From Tubulanus polymorphus (lineage: Eukaryota > Animalia > Nemertea), in contig NC_134035.1 in the NCBI RefSeq assembly GCF_964204645.1, positions 186,001 through 250,000 of the forward strand: a stretch of 64,000 nucleotides of DNA, given 5' to 3'. Numbering within the stretch: position 1 is the first letter of the stretch; each line of letters opens with the position of its first letter. Below, piece after piece: positions 1-12,100 of this stretch. A program made the translations under genes and the position numbers. Under the pieces are notes generated by a model that had not been told where the DNA came from, searched no databases, and saw only the letters and a list, made by a program, of their open reading frames with translations.

Positions 1-608
1 CAATCCACTTATAGTCCGGTTAGTTGACTAAATAGTCCAGTTAGTTCACATATAGTCTGGTTAGTTCACTAGTAGTCCAGTTAGTTCACTTATAGTCCGG
101 TTAGTTGACTAGAAGTCCAGTTAGTTCACTAGTAGTCCGGAAGAAGTTCACTGAAGAAGTAAAACTGTGATGAATTTCAGTTGAAGTCAACATCCAGTAT
201 TCGTGATGAAGTTTACACGACAGCCCGAAGAAAACCTGAAATATAAAATTGAAATCACATTAACAGGAAGACTGACTGAGAGGTTGGGGAGGATGGGTGA
301 AAAGAGAAGCAAACACAATAACTCAGGCTTAAGCAAAAATTTTCAGCAGTTTTCAGTCACACTGGATTAACAGATTCACGTTTTACACAAGAGCCCAGCC
401 TGTGGCAGTAGGAGAAAGCTGTTGTAACTAACTGGTCGAGTCAGCTGGTCTTAACCTGCTGAACAAGATGTGGTGCTGGAGGAAGTTAAAGAACAGTTCA
501 TCAAGATTTGTGAAACTATCCCCTGCACCATGTGCAATGCAAGCGGCTAGGGTAGTGCGGCCCGTGTAGGCTAGAAAGAGTTTTTTTTACACTGAGTGAG
601 GTCCCTGT

Positions 609-681
609 TAGTCTAGTACCTAGCCGTCGTTCCCCAAACAACCCGGAACCCGTAGTAACAACGACTGACTGATTCAGACTA
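609..681. mobile_element. 73-bp MITE (TAGTCT...AGACTA termini) embedded in each macrosatellite unit
   Basis: Homologous in reverse orientation, and the same length, to the free-standing copy at 63247-63319. Shares TAGTCTAGTACCTAGCCGTCGTT and ATTCAGACTA. Confidence 0.7.
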
Positions 682-889
682 AATTTGAGTAGGTCCCGGC
701 CTCACTGACTGACACTGACTACTGTAGTAGTGAAGTGTCTGCGAAGTCGCTGGAGGAGTGAGGTCCCCCTAAACTGTGTGTACCTGATGAGGACATGAAA
801 ATGAAATATCATGCATGAATTCTTATCTTTTTAACCAATATCAAAATTCGTACATTTAGAATCATCGCGGCTTTAAAGTCTTTATCAAT

Positions 890-1720
890 TGAGGGAATAG
901 TTCACTGTAAATAAAGAATTAGCGATTGAATTGAGCCCGCTCCACAGTAAAAATAGCGCGATCAATTCAATCTCGACCGTCTAGTGCTGCCGCTATGTAT
1001 AACGATAGCGTGGAAAACGTGAACTAACATAATACTCGCTTGCCAGAGTCTTCGAACGGCAGGAGTGGACGAACTAATTACCGATTTGCGGGCCGGATTC
1101 CGAGGAAAATTCTCAAACTCTGAAAACTGCTCAGAAACGTTTGAACCAAACATTTGTTCTATAAAAGAATGAGCCTTAAAAAGTAAATTTGAATCGGGGT
1201 ATTTCTAGTATGGTCTGGGAGAGAGCGACAGGTGTTTGTATGTTCCCTGTTTATTTGCGCGCAAATAGAATATATCGAAGAAGAAATACGGAAATATTGT
1301 CAATTCAGATAATAAATCATCATTCAAAATGTAAATGAATAATTTATTCTGTATGTAAGTACTATATTCATTGATAAGTAAGTGAATTTTAGCTAAAAAG
1401 AATTAAATATGATACCTAAAAGATAAGGAAATATCATACAAAATTCAGAACGTATTCATGGTATCATATTTAATCAGAATTAGACGACACACTGGTCCGT
1501 TTTGTACGTAATAAGGACATTTAAATTCCGGCGGTAAATATGCGCTACTATTTTAGTTCACAGAAATTCCGCTATCGTTATTCGTAGGGGCAGCGCTGTA
1601 CGGTAACTATCTAACTCAGCCTCGCAATCTTACTGCGGCATGCGAGTAATACAGATATTTTTCTTAGCCGAATTTCGTTCATTATCTAATACGATTCCAT
1701 TGTATATGAATAATTCTACT
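890..1720 (+). pseudogene. Highly decayed non-LTR retrotransposon (CR1/L2-like) reverse-transcriptase fragment, present in each unit and at 27955-28720
   Basis: Frameshifted + strand translations give RT-like motifs in the correct order: 'ELITDLRAGFRGKFSNSEN' (cf. QxGFR), 'G.RQ..M.P.LFA..IEYIEEEIRKY' (cf. GVRQGCxLSPxLF), 'AALYG..QPRNLTAAC'. Many stops. Confidence 0.45.
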
Positions 1721-2591
1721 ATCGTTCAAGGTTTTTTGAAGGGCATCTTCTTTTTAAAACGAACTTTAAACCATTTTTGATAGAACTCTTTTGTCCGCGG
1801 AATCTATACGCATCCGGTAAAGCGGTAGGCTCACATGCCAAAGGAAGAATTTCAAGCAAATTAAATTTTATTCTCTAAAATAGTACATTCAACTACCACT
1901 AACACTGTAACCAGAAAAAAATGCTCTGAAACTATTAAACTATTAAAGAAACAATTTTCTATGAAAGAATAAGGCTTAAGGGTAAATTTGAAGTCAAGTT
2001 CTCCCAATATTCGTTCGTTTGTTTGTTGTTTATCCTCCCGGTGAGTTCTAACACTGCCCACACATATTTATCCAGTTCATCTGATCCTGATCATCAAACT
2101 CAAAAGTCAATAATTCCATCCTAATGATGACAAACATCCTAAAAGATATAAATGAAACTTAATAGATTTGAGGCCACCAATCAGTTATACGGAGTTAGAG
2201 TTAAGTCTAGTTACCGGTGTATCAGAGAAATGGCAATCTAAGGTAGCCTACTCCCCAAAATGAGTGTCAGGGGTCAAATATTTTTTGTCTCCGACTTTGA
2301 TGTCAAATATTCAATTAATTTTTAAGGTAGAAATTGATGCTCTTACTAAAACCCTGTATTATAATTCCTGCAACATAATTACAGGCTGCTTCAAATAACC
2401 ACATTGACAATTCTTATGAAATGCAGAAAACAGTGTTTACAGATAAACTGCTTTCTCATAATTGTTTTGGAAACTTATAAGAAATTCTACTCACACACTC
2501 ACTAGCCCTTGTCTAGCAGTAATGGTAGTCCACCGAGTTCCACAAATCCACACCTCCTGGAGTCCACCACTGACTGTATTTTTATGAGTAT

Positions 2592-2745
2592 CAATCCACT
2601 TATAGTCCGGTTAGTTGACTAAATAGTCCAGTTAGTTCGTATATAGTCTGGTTAGTTCACTAGTAGTCCAGTTAGTTCACTTATAGTGCGGTTAGTTGAC
2701 TAGAAGTCCAGTTAGTTCACTAGTAGTCCGGAAGAAGTTCACCGA
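2592..2745. repeat. ~20-bp subrepeat (TAGTCCAGTTAGTTCACTAG-like, ~7 copies) present in every macrosatellite unit
   Basis: Directly visible; also at 1-150 and at the equivalent position of each unit. Confidence 0.9.
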
Positions 2746-2867
2746 AGAAATAAAACTGTGATGAATTTCAGTTGAAGTCAACATCCAGTTTCGTGATGAA
2801 GTTTACACGACAGCCAGAAGAAAACCTGAAATATAAAATTGAAATCACATTAACAGGAAGACTGACT

Positions 2868-3130
2868 GAGAGGTTGGGGAGGATGGGGTGAGAGGTTGGG
2901 GGAGGATAGGGTGAGAGGTTGGAGGAGGATGGGGTGAGAGGTTGGGGGAGGATGGGATGAGAGGTTGGGGAGGATGGGGTGAGAGGTTGGAGGAGGATGG
3001 GGTGAGAGGTTGGGGGAGGATGGGATGAGAGGTTGAGGGAGGATGGGGTGAGAGGTTGGGGGAGGATGGGGTGAGAGGTTGGGGTGAGGTTGAGGGAGGA
3101 TGGGGTGAGAGGTTGGGGGAAGGATGGGTG
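2868..3130 (+). repeat. G-rich 21-23-bp minisatellite (GAGAGGTTGGGGGAGGATGGGGT)n inside each unit
   Basis: No C on the + strand over ~260 bp. Repeated at ~5707, 8548, 11387, 14228, 17069, 19908. Reduced to about one copy in the first unit (278-299). Confidence 0.95.
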
Positions 3131-6100
3131 AAAAGGGAAGCAAAACAGCACAATTACTCTGACATAGTAAAGGCTTATGCAAAAGTTTTCAGCAGTTTTC
3201 AGTACGGCACTGGATTAACAGATTCTCGTTTTACACAAGAGCCCAGCCTGTGGCAGTGGAAGAAAGCTGGTGTAACTAACTGGTCGAGTCAGCTGGTCTT
3301 AACCTGCTGAACAAGATGTGGTGCTGGAGGAAGTTAAAGAACAGTTCATCAAGATTTGTGAAACTATCCCCTGCACCATGTGCAATGCAAGCGGCTAGGG
3401 TAGTGCGGCCCGTGTAGGCTAGAAAGTGGGTTTTGACACCGAGTAAGGTCCCTGTTAGTCTAGTACCTAGCCGTCGTTCCCCAAACAACCCGGAACTCGT
3501 AGTAACAACGACTGACTGATTCAGACTAAATTTGAGTAGGTCCCGGCCTCACTGACACTGACTGTAGTGTAGTAGTGAAGTGTCTGCGAAGTCGCTGGAG
3601 GAGTGAGGTCCCCCTAAACTGTGTGTACCTGAGGACATGAAAATGAAATATCATGCATGAATTCTTATCTTTTTAACCAATATCAAAATTCGTACATTTA
3701 GAATCATCGCGGCTTTAAAGTCTTTATCAATTGAGGGAATAGTTCACTGTAAATAAAGAATTAGCGATTGAATTGAGCCCGCTCCACAGTAAAAATAGCG
3801 CGATCAATTCAATCTCGACCGTCTAGTGCTGCCGCTATGTATAACGATAGCGTGGAAAACGTGAACTAACATAATACTCGCTTGCCAGAGTCTTCGAACG
3901 GCAGGAGTGGACGAACTAATTACCGATTTGCGGGCCGGATTCCGAGGAAAATTCTCAAACTCTGAAAACTGCTCAGAAACGTTTGAACCAAACATTTGTC
4001 CTATAAAAGAATGAGCCTTAAAAAGTAAATTTGAATCGGGGTATTTCTAGTATGGTCTGGGAGAGAGCGACAGGTGTTTGTATGTTCCCTGTTTATTTGC
4101 GCGCAAATAGAATATATCGAAGAAGAAATACGGAAATATTGTCAATTCAGATAATAAATCATCATTCAAAATGTAAATGAATAATTTATTCTGTATGTAA
4201 GTACTATATTCATTGATAAGTAAGTGAATTTTAGCTAAAAAGAATTAAATATGATACCTAAAAGATAAGGAAATATCATACAAAATTCAGAACGTATTCA
4301 TGGTATCATATTTAATCAGAATTAGACGACACACTGGTCCGTTTTGTACGTAATAAGGACATTTAAATTCCGGCGGTAAATATGCGCTACTATTTTAGTT
4401 CACAGAAATTCCGCTATCGTTATTCGTAGGGGCAGCGCTGTACGGTAACTATCTAACTCAGCCTCGCAATCTTACTGCGGCATGCGAGTAATACAGATAT
4501 TTTTCTTAGCCGAATTTCGTTCATTATCTAATACGATTCCATTGTATATGAATAATTCTACTATCGTTCAAGGTTTTTTGAAGGGCATCTTCTTTTTAAA
4601 ACGAACTTTAAACCATTTTTGATAGAACTCTTTTGTCCGCGGAATCTATAAGCATCCGGTAAAGCGGTAGGCTCACATGCCAAAGGAAGAATTTCAAGCA
4701 AATTAAATTTTATTCTCTAAAATAGTACATTCAACTACCACTAACACTGTAACCAGAAAAAAATGCTCTGAAACTATTAAACTATTAAAGAAACAATTTT
4801 CTATGAAAGAATAAGGCTTAAGGGTAAATTTGAAGTCAAGTTCTCCCAATATTCGTTCGTTTGTTTGTTTATCCTCCCGGTGAGTTCTAACACTGCCCAC
4901 ACATATTTATCCAGTTCATCTGATCCTGATCATCAAACTCAAAAGTCAATAATTCCATCCTAATGATGACAAACATCCTAAAAGATATAAATGAAACTTA
5001 ATAGATTTGAGGCCACCAATCAGTTATACGGAGTTAGAGTTAAGTCTAGTTACCGGTGTATCAGAGAAATGGCAATCTAAGGTAGCCTACTCCCCAAAAT
5101 GAGTGTCAGGGGTCAAATATTTTTTGTCTCCGACTTTGATGTCAAATATTCAATTAATTTTTAAGGTAGAAATTGATGCTCTTACTAAAACCCTGTATTA
5201 TAATTCCTGCAACATAATTACAGGCTGCTTCAAATAACCACATTGACAATTCTTATGAAATGCAGAAAACAGTGTTTACAGATAAACTGCTTTCTCATAA
5301 TTGTTTTGGAAACTTATAAGAAATTCTACTCACACACTCACTAGCCCTTGTCTAGCAGTAATGGTAGTCCACCGAGTTCCACAAATCCACACCTCCTGGA
5401 GTCCACCACTGACTGTATTTTTATGAGTATCAATCCACTTATAGTCCGGTTAGTTGACTAAATAGTCCAGTTAGTTCGTATATAGTCTGGTTAGTTCACT
5501 AGTAGTCCAGTTAGTTCACTTATAGTGCGGTTAGTTGACTAGAAGTCCAGTTAGTTCACTAGTAGTCCGGAAGAAGTTCACCGAAGAAATAAAACTGTGA
5601 TGAATTTCAGTTGAAGTCAACATCCAGTTTCGTGATGAAGTTTACACGACAGCCAGAAGAAAACCTGAAATATAAAATTGAAATCACATTAACAGGAAGA
5701 CTGACTGAGAGGTTGGGGAGGATGGGGTGAGAGGTTGGGGGAGGATAGGGTGAGAGGTTGGAGGAGGATGGGGTGAGAGGTTGGGGGAGGATGGGATGAG
5801 AGGTTGGGGAGGATGGGGTGAGAGGTTGGAGGAGGATGGGGTGAGAGGTTGGGGGAGGATGGGATGAGAGGTTGAGGGAGGATGGGGTGAGAGGTTGGGG
5901 GAGGATGTGGTGAGAGGTTGGGGTGAGGTTGAGGGAGGATGGGGTGAGAGGTTGGGGGAAGGATGGGTGAAAAGGGAAGCAAAACAGCACAATTACTCTG
6001 ACATAGTAAAGGCTTATGCAAAAGTTTTCAGCAGTTTTCAGTACGGCACTGGATTAACAGATTCTCGTTTTACACAAGAGCCCAGCCTGTGGCAGTGGAA

Positions 6101-9100
6101 GAAAGCTGGTGTAACTAACTGGTCGAGTCAGCTGGTCTTAACCTGCTGAACAAGATGTGGTGCTGGAGGAAGTTAAAGAACAGTTCATCAAGATTTGTGA
6201 AACTATCCCCTGCACCATGTGCAATGCAAGCGGCTAGGGTAGTGCGGCCCGTGTAGGCTAGAAAGTGGGTTTTGACACCGAGTAAGGTCCCTGTTAGTCT
6301 AGTACCTAGCCGTCGTTCCCCAAACAACCCGGAACTCGTAGTAACAACGACTGACTGATTCAGACTAAATTTGAGTAGGTCCCGGCCTCACTGACTGACA
6401 CTGACTACTGTAGTAGTGAAGTGTCTGCGAAGTCGCTGGAGGAGTGAGGTCCCCCTAAACTGTGTGTACCTGAGGACATGAAAATGAAATATCATGCATG
6501 AATTCTTATCTTTTTAACCAATATCAAAATTCGTACATTTAGAATCATCGCGGCTTTAAAGTCTTTATCAATTGAGGGAATAGTTCACTGTAAATAAAGA
6601 ATTAGCGATTGAATTGAGCCCGCTCCACAGTAAAAATAGCGCGATCAATTCAATCTCGACCGTCTAGTGCTGCCGCTATGTATAACGATAGCGTGGAAAA
6701 CGTGAACTAACATAATACTCGCTTGCCAGAGTCTTCGAACGGCAGGAGTGGACGAACTAATTACCGATTTGCGGGCCGGATTCCGAGGAAAATTCTCAAA
6801 CTCTGAAAACTGCTCAGAAACGTTTGAACCAAACATTTGTTCTATAAAAGAATGAGCCTTAAAAAGTAAATTTGAATCGGGGTATTTCTAGTATGGTCTG
6901 GGAGAGAGCGACAGGTGTTTGTATGTTCCCTGTTTATTTGCGCGCAAATAGAATATATCGAAGAAGAAATACGGAAATATTGTCAATTCAGATAATAAAT
7001 CATCATTCAAAATGTAAATGAATAATTTATTCTGTATGTAAGTACTATATTCATTGATAAGTAAGTGAATTTTAGCTAAAAAGAATTAAATATGATACCT
7101 AAAAGATAAGGAAATATCATACAAAATTCAGAACGTATTCATGGTATCATATTTAATCAGAATTAGACGACACACTGGTCCGTTTTGTACGTAATAAGGA
7201 CATTTAAATTCCGGCGGTAAATATGCGCTATTTTAGTTCACAGAAATTCCGCTATCGTTATTCGTAGGGGCAGCGCTGTACGGTAACTATCTAACTCAGC
7301 CTCGCAATCTTACTGCGGCATGCGAGTAATACAGATATTTTTCTTAGCCGAATTTCGTTCATTATCTAATACGATTCCATTGTATATGAATAATTCTACT
7401 ATCGTTCAAGGTTTTTTGAAGGGCATCTTCTTTTTAAAACGAACTTTAAACCATTTTTGATAGAACTCTTTTGTCCGCGGAATCTATAAGCATCCGGTAA
7501 AGCGGTAGGCTCACATGCCAAAGGAAGAATTTCAAGCAAATTAAATTTTATTCTCTAAAATAGTACATTCAACTACCACTAACACTGTAACCAGAAAAAA
7601 ATGCTCTGAAACTATTAAACTATTAAAGAAACAATTTTCTATGAAAGAATAAGGCTTAAGGGTAAATTTGAAGTCAAGTTCTCCCAATATTCGTTCGTTT
7701 GTTTGTTGTTTATCCTCCCGGTGAGTTCTAACACTGCCCACACATATTTATCCAGTTCATCTGATCCTGATCATCAAACTCAAAAGTCAATAATTCCATC
7801 CTAATGATGACAAACATCCTAAAAGATATAAATGAAACTTAATAGATTTGAGGCCACCAATCAGTTATACGGAGTTAGAGTTAAGTCTAGTTACCGGTGT
7901 ATCAGAGAAATGGCAATCTAAGGTAGCCTACTCCCCAAAATGAGTGTCAGGGGTCAAATATTTTTTGTCTCCGACTTTGATGTCAAATATTCAATTAATT
8001 TTTAAGGTAGAAATTGATGCTCTTACTAAAACCCTGTATTATAATTCCTGCAACATAATTACAGGCTGCTTCAAATAACCACATTGACAATTCTTATGAA
8101 ATGCAGAAAACAGTGTTTACAGATAAACTGCTTTCTCATAATTGTTTTGGAAACTTATAAGAAATTCTACTCACACACTCACTAGCCCTTGTCTAGCAGT
8201 AATGGTAGTCCACCGAGTTCCACAAATCCACACCTCCTGGAGTCCACCACTGACTGTATTTTTATGAGTATCAATCCACTTATAGTCCGGTTAGTTGACT
8301 AAATAGTCCAGTTAGTTCGTATATAGTCTGGTTAGTTCACTAGTAGTCCAGTTAGTTCACTTATAGTGCGGTTAGTTGACTAGAAGTCCAGTTAGTTCAC
8401 TAGTAGTCCGGAAGAAGTTCACCGAAGAAATAAAACTGTGATGAATTTCAGTTGAAGTCAACATCCAGTTTCGTGATGAAGTTTACACGACAGCCAGAAG
8501 AAAACCTGAAATATAAAATTGAAATCACATTAACAGGAAGACTGACTGAGAGGTTGGGGAGGATGGGGTGAGAGGTTGGGGGAGGATAGGGTGAGAGGTT
8601 GGAGGAGGATGGGGTGAGAGGTTGGGGGAGGATGGGATGAGAGGTTGGGGAGGATGGGGTGAGAGGTTGGAGGAGGATGGGGTGAGAGGTTGGGGGAGGA
8701 TGGGATGAGAGGTTGAGGGAGGATGGGGTGAGAGGTTGGGGGAGGATGGGGTGAGAGGTTGGGGTGAGGTTGAGGGAGGATGGGGTGAGAGGTTGGGGGA
8801 AGGATGGGTGAAAAGGGAAGCAAAACAGCACAATTACTCTGACATAGTAAAGGCTTATGCAAAAGTTTTCAGCAGTTTTCAGTACGGCACTGGATTAACA
8901 GATTCTCGTTTTACACAAGAGCCCAGCCTGTGGCAGTGGAAGAAAGCTGGTGTAACTAACTGGTCGAGTCAGCTGGTCTTAACCTGCTGAACAAGATGTG
9001 GTGCTGGAGGAAGTTAAAGAACAGTTCATCAAGATTTGTGAAACTATCCCCTGCACCATGTGCAATGCAAGCGGCTAGGGTAGTGCGGCCCGTGTAGGCT

Positions 9101-12100
9101 AGAAAGTGGGTTTTGACACCGAGTAAGGTCCCTGTTAGTCTAGTACCTAGCCGTCGTTCCCCAAACAACCCGGAACTCGTAGTAACAACGACTGACTGAT
9201 TCAGACTAAATTTGAGTAGGTCCCGGCCTCACTGACACTGACTGTAGTGTAGTAGTGAAGTGTCTGCGAAGTCGCTGGAGGAGTGAGGTCCCCCTAAACT
9301 GTGTGTACCTGAGGACATGAAAATGAAATATCATGCATGAATTCTTATCTTTTTAACCAATATCAAAATTCGTACATTTAGAATCATCGCGGCTTTAAAG
9401 TCTTTATCAATTGAGGGAATAGTTCACTGTAAATAAAGAATTAGCGATTGAATTGAGCCCGCTCCACAGTAAAAATAGCGCGATCAATTCAATCTCGACC
9501 GTCTAGTGCTGCCGCTATGTATAACGATAGCGTGGAAAACGTGAACTAACATAATACTCGCTTGCCAGAGTCTTCGAACGGCAGGAGTGGACGAACTAAT
9601 TACCGATTTGCGGGCCGGATTCCGAGGAAAATTCTCAAACTCTGAAAACTGCTCAGAAACGTTTGAACCAAACATTTGTCCTATAAAAGAATGAGCCTTA
9701 AAAAGTAAATTTGAATCGGGGTATTTCTAGTATGGTCTGGGAGAGAGCGACAGGTGTTTGTATGTTCCCTGTTTATTTGCGCGCAAATAGAATATATCGA
9801 AGAAGAAATACGGAAATATTGTCAATTCAGATAATAAATCATCATTCAAAATGTAAATGAATAATTTATTCTGTATGTAAGTACTATATTCATTGATAAG
9901 TAAGTGAATTTTAGCTAAAAAGAATTAAATATGATACCTAAAAGATAAGGAAATATCATACAAAATTCAGAACGTATTCATGGTATCATATTTAATCAGA
10001 ATTAGACGACACACTGGTCCGTTTTGTACGTAATAAGGACATTTAAATTCCGGCGGTAAATATGCGCTACTATTTTAGTTCACAGAAATTCCGCTATCGT
10101 TATTCGTAGGGGCAGCGCTGTACGGTAACTATCTAACTCAGCCTCGCAATCTTACTGCGGCATGCGAGTAATACAGATATTTTTCTTAGCCGAATTTCGT
10201 TCATTATCTAATACGATTCCATTGTATATGAATAATTCTACTATCGTTCAAGGTTTTTTGAAGGGCATCTTCTTTTTAAAACGAACTTTAAACCATTTTT
10301 GATAGAACTCTTTTGTCCGCGGAATCTATAAGCATCCGGTAAAGCGGTAGGCTCACATGCCAAAGGAAGAATTTCAAGCAAATTAAATTTTATTCTCTAA
10401 AATAGTACATTCAACTACCACTAACACTGTAACCAGAAAAAAATGCTCTGAAACTATTAAACTATTAAAGAAACAATTTTCTATGAAAGAATAAGGCTTA
10501 AGGGTAAATTTGAAGTCAAGTTCTCCCAATATTCGTTCGTTTGTTTGTTTATCCTCCCGGTGAGTTCTAACACTGCCCACACATATTTATCCAGTTCATC
10601 TGATCCTGATCATCAAACTCAAAAGTCAATAATTCCATCCTAATGATGACAAACATCCTAAAAGATATAAATGAAACTTAATAGATTTGAGGCCACCAAT
10701 CAGTTATACGGAGTTAGAGTTAAGTCTAGTTACCGGTGTATCAGAGAAATGGCAATCTAAGGTAGCCTACTCCCCAAAATGAGTGTCAGGGGTCAAATAT
10801 TTTTTGTCTCCGACTTTGATGTCAAATATTCAATTAATTTTTAAGGTAGAAATTGATGCTCTTACTAAAACCCTGTATTATAATTCCTGCAACATAATTA
10901 CAGGCTGCTTCAAATAACCACATTGACAATTCTTATGAAATGCAGAAAACAGTGTTTACAGATAAACTGCTTTCTCATAATTGTTTTGGAAACTTATAAG
11001 AAATTCTACTCACACACTCACTAGCCCTTGTCTAGCAGTAATGGTAGTCCACCGAGTTCCACAAATCCACACCTCCTGGAGTCCACCACTGACTGTATTT
11101 TTATGAGTATCAATCCACTTATAGTCCGGTTAGTTGACTAAATAGTCCAGTTAGTTCGTATATAGTCTGGTTAGTTCACTAGTAGTCCAGTTAGTTCACT
11201 TATAGTGCGGTTAGTTGACTAGAAGTCCAGTTAGTTCACTAGTAGTCCGGAAGAAGTTCACCGAAGAAATAAAACTGTGATGAATTTCAGTTGAAGTCAA
11301 CATCCAGTTTCGTGATGAAGTTTACACGACAGCCAGAAGAAAACCTGAAATATAAAATTGAAATCACATTAACAGGAAGACTGACTGAGAGGTTGGGGAG
11401 GATGGGGTGAGAGGTTGGGGGAGGATAGGGTGAGAGGTTGGAGGAGGATGGGGTGAGAGGTTGGGGGAGGATGGGATGAGAGGTTGGGGAGGATGGGGTG
11501 AGAGGTTGGAGGAGGATGGGGTGAGAGGTTGGGGGAGGATGGGATGAGAGGTTGAGGGAGGATGGGGTGAGAGGTTGGGGGAGGATGTGGTGAGAGGTTG
11601 GGGTGAGGTTGAGGGAGGATGGGGTGAGAGGTTGGGGGAAGGATGGGTGAAAAGGGAAGCAAAACAGCACAATTACTCTGACATAGTAAAGGCTTATGCA
11701 AAAGTTTTCAGCAGTTTTCAGTACGGCACTGGATTAACAGATTCTCGTTTTACACAAGAGCCCAGCCTGTGGCAGTGGAAGAAAGCTGGTGTAACTAACT
11801 GGTCGAGTCAGCTGGTCTTAACCTGCTGAACAAGATGTGGTGCTGGAGGAAGTTAAAGAACAGTTCATCAAGATTTGTGAAACTATCCCCTGCACCATGT
11901 GCAATGCAAGCGGCTAGGGTAGTGCGGCCCGTGTAGGCTAGAAAGTGGGTTTTGACACCGAGTAAGGTCCCTGTTAGTCTAGTACCTAGCCGTCGTTCCC
12001 CAAACAACCCGGAACTCGTAGTAACAACGACTGACTGATTCAGACTAAATTTGAGTAGGTCCCGGCCTCACTGACTGACACTGACTACTGTAGTAGTGAA

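Noticed and set aside
785-810. CTGATGA...GAAA hammerhead-ribozyme-like core
   Set aside because: No proper stem II or flanking stems, and the motif is absent from the other units.
2768-3310. Pro-rich/Gly-rich ORFs in each unit
   Set aside because: Open in several frames only because the G-rich repeat lacks stop codons; absent from the edge copy.
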